A DNA stretch of 63,743 nt, filler included, from Octopus bimaculoides (Eukaryota): NCBI RefSeq assembly GCF_001194135.2. It is 5 parts of 5 records of this genome, joined end to end, with 100 filler letters (N's around TTAATTAATTAA, not from the genome) between each part and the next. Parts side by side here need not be neighbours in the genome. Positions count along the whole stretch, not along the records: positions 23,959 to 54,837 come from NC_068981.1; positions 54,938 to 61,795 come from NW_026312301.1; positions 61,896 to 63,743 come from NW_026324987.1; 2 more parts are not named here. One strand, given 5' to 3'. Position 1 is the stretch's first letter. Every line of letters starts with the position of its first letter. Below the pieces are notes generated by a model. That model made no database searches. It was not told the DNA's origin and saw nothing but the letters and a program-made list of their open reading frames with translations. This document shows, piece by piece, positions 54,534-63,743 of the stretch. The translations under genes and the position numbers were made by a program.

Positions 54534-54837
54534 TTCAGTAGTTTTATTTTTATAACGTGCTTTCACTTCACTACCGAGCGCAGCTCTGTGCGTCTTGGGT
54601 ATGTGCTGTGGTTTGCTGTGGTGCTCTTATGTTTACTGTATTGAAAGTGTTTTGCGTAGAATGTGTGCAGTACCCAGTAGTGCAATTTTCTGTATGTTAT
54701 ATATATTTGTAAGTCCTGGTGTTTTTGTTATGTATTTGTCTGAATATTGTTTTTATTATACCTAAGGCACCTACTATGATAGGAATTGCTTCTGTTTTTA
54801 GACTCCACATTCGAGTTATCTCTATTTCCAGGTCTTT
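54534..54837 (-). mobile_element. Dong-like RLE 3' end abutting (TAA)n
   Basis: Reverse complement matches 39320-39559 and the 3'UTR of 40150-40266. Confidence 0.88.
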
Positions 54838-56465
54838 NNNNNNNNNNNNNNNNNNNNNNNNNNNNNNNNNNNNNNNNNNNNTTAATTAATTAANNNNNNN
54901 NNNNNNNNNNNNNNNNNNNNNNNNNNNNNNNNNNNNNCGAACAAATCGACCCCAGGACTTATTCTTTGTAAGCCTAGTACTTACTCTGTCGGCTAAGTTA
55001 AGGGGACGTAAACACACCAGCATCGGTTGTGCCTGTCTTTTCATGAATGCATATGTGAATATGCTTCTATGGGAGTTTACATTTAAGTTCTATTAATTTA
55101 ATATGTTATTTATTTCAGCGAGTGTACGTGTGTGTGTGTGTGTCTGTCTGTGTGTGCGTAGGTAAATATTTTACGTTTACGTAACTAATCGATGCCACAT
55201 TTCAAACCTATTTTACCAGTGGGTTTACAAACTCCTGTAACACTAACAGTACATTCTCTAGAATATTCTATTTAATCGCTATATATCAGATGCACGACCA
55301 ACATGTTGTAATAAACAACCAAATGTAATTAACCCTTTGACTGCGTAATTAAATTTCAAGGTAATTCCCTACATGATATTAATTATCCGCCAAAAAAGCA
55401 AACTTTAAAAAAAAATCAAAAAAAAAAAGAAGAAAAAAAACAGGAGCAAAGGTCCTTCAAAAAGACCAGTTCCCCAGATTTTGTGGCGTATATACATCCC
55501 CAACCGAACGGGCGCCAGTCTGTTGTAGGATTATTCATTTTTGCCAGCTGGAGCAATATTAAATAAAATGTTTTACTCGAGAACTACGGTCATGTCTGGG
55601 TATCAAACGATTAGGTATCCTACGTTTATCAGCACAACACCATAATTACTAAGGTACGTTCTCGGTCCCAAGAATAAAGATGATGCTTTCTGCTTCAGCA
55701 ATTCTTNNNNNNNNNNNNNNNNNNNNNNNNNNNNNNNNNNNNNNNNNNNNNNNNNNNNNNNNNNNNNNNNNNNNNNNNNNNNNNNNNNNNNNNNNNNNNN
55801 NNNNNNNNNNNNNNNNNNNNNNNNNNNNNNNNNNNNNNNNNNNNNNNNNNNNNNNNNNNNNNNNNNNNNNNNNNNNNNNNNNNNNNNNNNNNNNNNNNNN
55901 NNNNNNNNNNNNNNNNNNNNNNNNNNNNNNNNNNNNNNNNNNNNNNNNNNNNNNNNNNNNNNNNNNNNNNNNNNNNNNNNNNNNNNNNNNNNNNNNNNNN
56001 NNNNNNNNNNNNNNNNNNNNNNNNNNNNNNNNNNNNNNNNNNNNNNNNNNNNNNNNNNNNNNNNNNNNNNNNNNNNNNNNNNNNNNNNNNNNNNNNNNNN
56101 NNNNNNNNNNNNNNNNNNNNNNNNNNNNNNNNNNNNNNNNNNNNNNNNNNNNNNNNNNNNNNNNNNNNNNNNNNNNNNNNNNNNNNNNNNNNNNNNNNNN
56201 NNNNNNNNNNNNNNNNNNNNNNNNNNNNNNNNNNNNNNNNNNNNNNNNNNNNNNNNNNNNNNNNNNNNNNNNNNNNNNNNNNNNNNNNNNNNNNNNNNNN
56301 NNNNNAAAAAACCTCATAATGAAAAAAAATAATGAAAAAAATTCATCACTTTTTCATAAATATATATAAATAATTTATATAAAGGGCATTAACTGTGTAG
56401 TAATGCCTCACGCTTCGAGGGACTAAATAAGTCAAAAACTACCAAAAAATAAGCAACATATTTAC

Positions 56466-56514
<49 letters not shown>

Positions 56515-56822
56515 GTTATTATATATCTGTATTTTATAAACATAAATCTGTCCTCAAATATGTTACGCACCTTGTATATATGTATGCATGTATGTATGCA
56601 TGTATGTATGCACGTATGTATGTATGTATGTATGTATGTATGTATGTATGTATGTATGTATGTACGTACGTATGTATGCGTATACATATACTACCATCAC
56701 AAGGAGACAGCAGTTTGATATTTTAACCTATGTGTTCTTTCCTAGGGCTGAACAGGCAAATAGACCGGGCGTGTAGATGTGAATCTACCAAATGTCGTCG
56801 CCTATCGGTCGACTTTCACATC

Positions 56823-56895
56823 ATGAATTCTAACGTTATATTATCTCTCACGTTTCTATTACTATTGTATTATGTCCAGGGGACAGGAGCCCGAA
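56823..56895 (+). CDS. candidate signal-peptide exon (MNSNVILSLTFLLLLYYVQGTGAR)
   Basis: Hydrophobic core plus small-residue c-region, phase-1 donor A|gtattt (weak), upstream acceptor ttctttcctag. No partner exon found. Confidence 0.25.
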
Positions 56896-57132
56896 GTATT
56901 TATGTCACCTACTTAATATTTTTAAAAAAATGATAACTAAATACATAAACAAGTTTGCTTTTGTCAATGACTTCTCATTCACATTTATTTTTCATTCACA
57001 CAATGGTTCGTAAGTTCGTTTTCTGAAACCGAAAGAAAACTACAAGCCCAATGTTCTGTCGCGACGCCAAGAGAAAATAATTGTTTGATTTCACAAGCCT
57101 TCATAAGAGTAGATATAGACACAAACGTAACA

Positions 57133-57163
<31 letters not shown>

Positions 57164-58149
57164 CATACAAACTTACATACATACCTATATACATACATAC
57201 ATATATACACACATACATACATAATACATACATAGAAACATACAGACACACACACACATACATACATTCATACATATATACTTATATACACGCATACATA
57301 CATACACACGTACGTGCATACATGCATACATACTCATGCATACATACATGCACACATGCATACATTCATACTTACATTCATACATGCGTATAATATATAT
57401 ATATATATATTCATACATGCATGTGAAGGTGCGTAGCTTAATGGTTAGGCTGTTTCAGTCACGATCGCTAGTGCGCGTGTGTGCGCATGTATGTGTGTGT
57501 GTGTGCATGTGTGTGTGTGCGTGCGTGTGTGTGTGTGTGTGTATGTACATACATACTTGGTTTTTATATTCGTGTTTGCATTCCCAACCACTGCTTGGCA
57601 ACCAGTGCTAATTCATTTACGTTCCTGTAACATGGCAAATGGCACCAATAGAAGAAGTACCAGGCTTTGAATTGTAAAATAAGCGTTGAGGTCGATTCGT
57701 TCGACTAAATCATTCAAGATGGACCCCCACCATGGTCGCAGTCCAATGACTGAAGCAAGTAAAAGATAAAAGATGAAATATATAGAAAGGATTTTAAACT
57801 TCACTTAAAACTGATTCTTGACACTCAGCATTGTCTTTACATTAAATATTAATTAGATACATCTATCCATGAAGAGCGTCTACTAGATTCAAACGAGATA
57901 GTTGGGTTTGTTAGAATCGAAGTCAAAGTTTTACTAATGGGGCAGCAATTCTATATCACATGACATACAACTGGATCCCATTATACAGGTAAACCATTGC
58001 TTACTTTAAATCTTGTGTATATGTGGATCTATGTTGTATCGAAACATGTGTAGTGTTTATTAAATAGTTGCCTAACTGTACTCCTTCTTGTTGACTCTAT
58101 TTTATTCAATTATATATATATGTGTGTGTGTGTGTGTGTTTGTGTGTGT

Positions 58150-58194
<45 letters not shown>

Positions 58195-58290
58195 TATAGT
58201 GTTCAAATTTACAGAAAGCAAAAAACGAAGACAAGTGAGGGAACGACAGGAAGGTGTATTAGTTTGACGCTTGGGAAGGACGGAAAAAGG

Positions 58291-58326
58291 CTTCGACGTT
58301 TCGAGCCTAAGCTCTTCGACAGAAAG
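58291..58326 (-). ncRNA. minimal hammerhead-like motif with A6U core
   Basis: cuuu-CUGUCGA-a-gagc-uuag-gcuc-GAAAC-GUC-gaag. Stem I 4 bp, stem II 4 bp, loopless palindromic ACGU stem III. Confidence 0.5.
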
Positions 58327-59518
58327 AATTGAAAAGGGGGAAAACGGAGAGAGAACGAAAAAAAAAAAGAGAAAACAGAGAGAACGACAAAAAATAAAAA
58401 TCAGAGAGAAAAATGTTCAGTATCACGCACAAACACATACACTTATATACAGGAAGCTAACTTTACTAGTATTATTAGAAAAGGAAAGAAATATTTTTGA
58501 CATACTGCGTGAAAGATACGACAGTGTGTTATAATAAAAAGTTAATCATCATTCAGAAACCGACCATAAATTTGTTCGTCGCCTTTATAGTCTATAATTA
58601 GCTTTTGGCTGCCGTTAGGAAATGGTAACTGGTTACGTAGTTGTTTAGTTCTACTGAATATTAGAAACCGATTTCGTTTTAACCAAGTAGAACATTACCT
58701 GCACGAAAGAAAGACTCACCCACACACACACATATACATGAATACACATGCATACACACACATATATACACGCACATACATATATGCACACATGCATACA
58801 TAAACGCATACATACATGCAAATATGCATGTACACACAATGCATACATATGTATATACATACATGCATACATACATACATACATACATATATGCACACAT
58901 GCATACATAAACGCATACATAGTATATACATACATGCAAATATGCATGTACACAATGCATACATATGTATATACATACACACACACATACATACATGCAC
59001 ACATACATACATACATATATACATACATATATGCACACATACATACATGGTGGCTGTCAACTCGTAGACGAGGTTGACCATCACCGACTAATTATCCTAT
59101 CGTAGATGTTTAAGATAATGCCTGTCAGCAATGTCTGTGCTGAAGTCAATGACAGCTTGTATAACATCGCTAAGATTCACCTACAAAGCCGAGTAGTCCA
59201 GAAACAAGCTAGAGCAAGATCTCTGGAAGCAGGGGTTATTTCTGAATTTCTTTTTCCAAGGGAAACATCTAAACAAAATCTAGGGGTCTCACACTCCCAT
59301 GTACAGGATGGCTGTTGGCACTACTAAGTTCATCCGTCCTTTAGACAGGTTTTGTTTCTCTTCCTGCATGGTGCGCAACGGAAGCCATTCCCTTTTCTTG
59401 GCAGGCTCGGTAGGGTTGCTGCTTTGGTCGCCGATGATTCGACCATACAACAGGTTGTGCTGTGTTACATGTTAATTGGCACGTGGTTTGAAATAACATA
59501 CATACATGCATATATACA

Positions 59519-59842
59519 ATTTAGAAATTAGGCATCTCAAAACCAAAAAGGAAGAAGCTGGTTCGAAGACTAAAGATCCAAGCCATCACTGGAACTGTAA
59601 AATATGTAAAACTTCCCAGAAGTTTATCATTTGAGTATATATGAGAATGTCTAGATATGAAAGTATATGCGTGAGAAGACTTCTATAAAACAAAACATAC
59701 AAATCTGCACGTATACATACATACATACAAATATACCCTGCTGTTGATGTTGAAATTCCAATGAAGGAGCCTTGGATCCAGGTTAGAAACCGGATCTTTC
59801 TCTTTTGGCAAGAAATCTTGAAATAAAGCAGAATAATGACAG
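59519..59842 (+). mobile_element. 5'-truncated R4/Dong-like 3' end between (CATA)n-like tracts
   Basis: Colinear with 32105-32500 (ITGTVKICKT ORF end and 3'UTR gttgatgttgaaattc...ttggcaagaaatcttgaaa). Confidence 0.85.
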
Positions 59843-62302
59843 ACATACATACATACATACATACATACATACACACACACATGCACACATACATACAAAC
59901 ATACTCACATACATACATACATACACACACATACATACATACATACATACATACAAGCACACATATACACGTACACAAACACGCAGCGCACGCAAAAGCA
60001 CACACACACACATACATACACGAGTGGGGAAAAATAGAATCCCAGAAAAGATTTTTTGTATATATATATANNNNNNNNNNNNNNNNNNNNNNNNNNNNNN
60101 NNNNNNNNNNNNNNNNNNNNNNNNNNNNNNNNNNNNNNNNNNNNNNNNNNNNNNNNNNNNNNNNNNNNNNNNNNNNNNNNNNNNNNNNNNNNNNNNNNNN
60201 NNNNNNNNNNNNNNNNNNNNNNNNNNNNNNNNNNNNNNNNNNNNNNNNNNNNNNNNNNNNNNNNNNNNNNNNNNNNNNNNNNNNNNNNNNNNNNNNNNNN
60301 NNNNNNNNNNNNNNNNNNNNNNNNNNNNNNNNNNNNNNNNNNNNNNNNNNNNNNNNNNNNNNNNNNNNNNNNNNNNNNNNNNNNNNNNNNNNNNNNNNNN
60401 NNNNNNNNNNNNNNNNNNNNNNNNNNNNNNNNNNNNNNNNNNNNNNNNNNNNNNNNNNNNNNNNNNNNNNNNNNNNNNNNNNNNNNNNNNNNNNNNNNNN
60501 NNNNNNNNNNNNNNNNNNNNNNNNNNNNNNNNNNNNNNNNNNNNNNNNNNNNNNNNNNNNNNNNNNNNNNNNNNNNNNNNNNNNNNNNNNNNNNNNNNNN
60601 NNNNNNNNNNNNNNNNNNNNNNNNNNNNNNNNNNNNATGTACAATATTGTACATCTTATGCAGTGATTTTCTTTATATATATATTTTTTTCTTTACTACT
60701 CTGGCTAATACGGTGAAGGCTATTTTTTTTTTTTTTTGCTGAAGAGTCTAACATGACCGAGCGAAACATGCTCGGAGTTGCTTACCCTACATACAGATAT
60801 GAATAGCATAATTTTGACTTCAAAGTTTGGCGCAAGGCTAGCAAATTCGAAAGAGGTGATAAGTCGCTTATATCGACCTCAGTGTTCAACTGGTACTTAT
60901 TTTATCGACCCCGAAAGGAAGAAAGGCAAAATCGACCTCGGCGGAATTTGAACTCAGAATGAAAAAAACGGAGGAAATGCTGCAAAGTGTTTTGCCTGCC
61001 GTGCTAACGATTCTGCCAGCTTGCTGTTTTATAAATAAAATAACATTAGCCATTGAACTAAAGTTGTCTTTTCTTCACCACATAAATATTTTCAATAAAG
61101 TTTTTTTCTTTTTTGTTTTAATGGTTAATTCCTTTAAAGTTATCTACGGTTAACTTAAGGTAGCGAGCTGGCAGAATCGTTAAGCACATCAGAAAAATAC
61201 CTGGCAGCATTTCTTCCGGCATTACGTTTTGAGTTCAAACGCTGCCGAGGTTGACTTTCTCTTTCATCTTTTCAGGGTCGATAAAATAAGTACCAGTTGA
61301 ATACTAGGGCGGCTGCAATCGACTCACTCCCTCCACCTAAAGGAATTGCTGACCTTGTGCCACAGCCGACCAAAGCCTTGTGAGTGGATTTGGTAGACGG
61401 AAACTGAAAGAAGCCCGACGTAAATATATGTACCGTATTTGATGGCCTATAAGATGCACCCTTTTTTTTTTTTTACCCAAAATGGCCTTAAAAATCCCCC
61501 TGCGTCCAATGCATTCAATAAAGGGTCAACATTCGCTCAAAACGGCATGTTCGTTTACAAACGTGTGCTGCCATCTATTGGTGAACAATTGCCTAAGGTA
61601 TGTTTATATCGAATGTGGATGCAATAAATTGCTTATAATTACCGGTAATAACAAAGTTATACAGGTAAGTGGAGGAATTAAAACATTATTTTAGTGGTAA
61701 TTCGATGTAATCGACTAGTCCCCTCCCCCCCCCAATGTCTTTAGTAGAAAGGATTATTATTATTATTTTTTAAAGCAGTGACCTGGCAGTATCATNNNNN
61801 NNNNNNNNNNNNNNNNNNNNNNNNNNNNNNNNNNNNNNNTTAATTAATTAANNNNNNNNNNNNNNNNNNNNNNNNNNNNNNNNNNNNNNNNNNNNGTATG
61901 TATGTATGTATGTATGTATGTATGTATGTATGTGTATAGATGTAAGCATATACATGTAAACACTAACAAATGTTAGAGAAAGCATCTAATGCAAAAAAAA
62001 AAGTAAACTTGTTTTATGATGGTCTCATGAAACAAAGTAGAGACATAAGACACAATGCACATTATTATTGAACATAGAAAATTATAAGAAATAAGTATGT
62101 TTTAGATGGAGGAGGTGTGGAATCGACTTCGGTCTGTATAGTTAATACAGACAATAATGCAAAAAGGTAACAAAGAGGAGTAGCTAGTTCTTATGGGAAA
62201 GTTGGTATCCAGTGATAGACATTTCAGGTGTAACTGTGCCGATCAATTTTTTAAAAAATAACCATGAGTGAATGCAACCATCATCATCATCATCATCACC
62301 AA

Positions 62303-62350
<48 letters not shown>

Positions 62351-62878
62351 TTAATGTCCGTTGTCCATGGTGGCATGGGTTGGAGGGTTCAACCAGGGCT
62401 GGCAAGCAGGAAGGCTGCACCAGACTCCAATTTGATTTCGGCATGGTTTTCTAAGGCTGGATGCCCTTCCTAATGCCAACCACTCCGAGAGTGTAATGGG
62501 TGTTTTTATATGCCACCAGCATGGGTGCCATTTGCGTGACACCAGTATCTGCAATGACTGTGATTTTGTTTGGCTTGATAGGTCTTCTTCTCAAGCATGA
62601 CAAAGATCACAGGCATTGCCTTCGAGAAGCCCAGCACTCGAAAGGAACTGAGGAAATTCGGTATCTTAAGACTCAGCTTTTTATCTTTTACCTGTCATAA
62701 TCAGTGAACTGTGGCCAAGCCAGGGCACTGCCTGCAAGAGTTTTAGTTGAACAAATTCACCCCAATATTTTTGCTTTTAATTTTTAAGATTTGTAATTAT
62801 TCTATCAATTTCTATCTACCAAATTGCTAAGTTAGAGAGACATAAACAAATCATCAAAGGTTATCAAGTAGGTGGAGA

Positions 62879-63743
62879 GGAGGACACAAACAGAGGCACA
62901 AGGACACAGAGGCACAAGGACACAAAAAGAGGCACAAGGAAGGAAACAGAGGCACAAGGACGCAAACAGGGGCACAAGGACATAAACAGAGGCACAAGGA
63001 CGCAAACAGAGGCACAAGGACGCAAACAGAGGGAGAAGGACGAAAGCAGAGGCAGAAGGACGCAAACACAGGCAGAAGGACGCAAACAGAGGCACAAAAA
63101 CGCAAACAGAGGCAGAAGGACGCCAACAGACGCACAAGGACGCAAACAGAGACACAAGGACGCAAACAGAGGCACAAGGACGCAAACAGAGGCAGAAGGA
63201 CGCAAACAGCGGCACAAGGACACAAACAGAGGCACAAGGACGCAAACTAAGGCACAAGGACGCAAACAGAGGCACAAGGACGCAAAGAGAGGCACAAGGA
63301 CGAAAACAGAGGCAGAAGGACGCAAACAGAGGCACAAGGACGCACACACAGGCACAAGGACGCAAACAGAAGCAGACGGACGCAAACAGAGGCAGAAGGA
63401 CGCACACAGAAGCAGAAGGACGCAAACAGAGGCAGAAGGACGCCAACAGAGGCAGAAGGACGCAAACAGAAGCAGAAGGACACAAACAGAGGCAGCAGGA
63501 CGCAAACAAAGGCAGAAGGATGCAAACAGATGCACAAGGACGCAAACAGAGGCACAAGGACGCAAAAAGAGGCAGAAGGACGCCAACAGAGGCACAAGGA
63601 CAAAGACAGAGGCAAAAGGACGCCAGCAGAGGCATAAGGACGCAAACAGAGGCAGAAGGACGCAAACAGCGGCACAGGGACGCAAACAAATGCACAACGA
63701 CGCAAACAGAAGCACAAGGACGCAAACAGAGACAGAAGGACGC
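62879..63743. repeat. 20-bp minisatellite, consensus GGACGCAAACAGAGGCA(C/G)AA, about 43 units, open at the window end
   Basis: Contiguous units without spacers. Explains the LCLRPCASVCV ORFs. Confidence 0.95.

Noticed and set aside
59045-59480. 73-aa ORF after an acceptor as partner of the 56823 signal-peptide exon
   Set aside because: Phase mismatch (0 versus 1; the phase-1 reading stops at once). May be a decayed LINE piece.
60739-60775. CTGAAGA-gtc-taacat-gac...GAAAC hammerhead-like string
   Set aside because: Extra bases separate stem II from GAAA, a competing ccgagc/gctcgg hairpin sequesters it, and there is no stem I.
62879-63743. CRISPR array or Cys-rich repeat protein
   Set aside because: No unique spacers, no cas genes, eukaryotic context, and open in multiple frames on both strands.

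Overview
AT-rich, gap-ridden, microsatellite- and TE-dense metazoan genomic scaffold. The SINE/RTE/microsatellite landscape looks like a coleoid cephalopod, probably Octopus (inference). The one confidently recognisable gene is METTL15 (RsmH-family mitochondrial 12S rRNA m4C methyltransferase): three phase-consistent + strand coding exons (13967-14155, 21150-21289, 23388-23582). Its later exons were not found by eye. Three phase-compatible candidate exons of an unidentified upstream gene lie at 2728-2830, 4088-4190 and 11184-11458. TEs present: R4/Dong-type RLE retrotransposons (one group in (CATA)n, one in (TAA)n), RTE LINEs, a decayed Ty3/Gypsy, mariner and hAT fragments, a non-autonomous Helitron, Penelope-like pieces and many tRNA-type SINEs. 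Most notable: a head-to-head inverted copy of METTL15 exon 1 with reciprocal loss of splice sites; inverted repeats bracketing METTL15 exons 2 and 3 plus a 105-bp non-TE foldback in intron 1; and four minimal hammerhead-ribozyme-like motifs with variant cores. Most long ORFs in the track are microsatellite or N-gap artefacts. All translations and alignments were done by eye, so TE boundaries are approximate.
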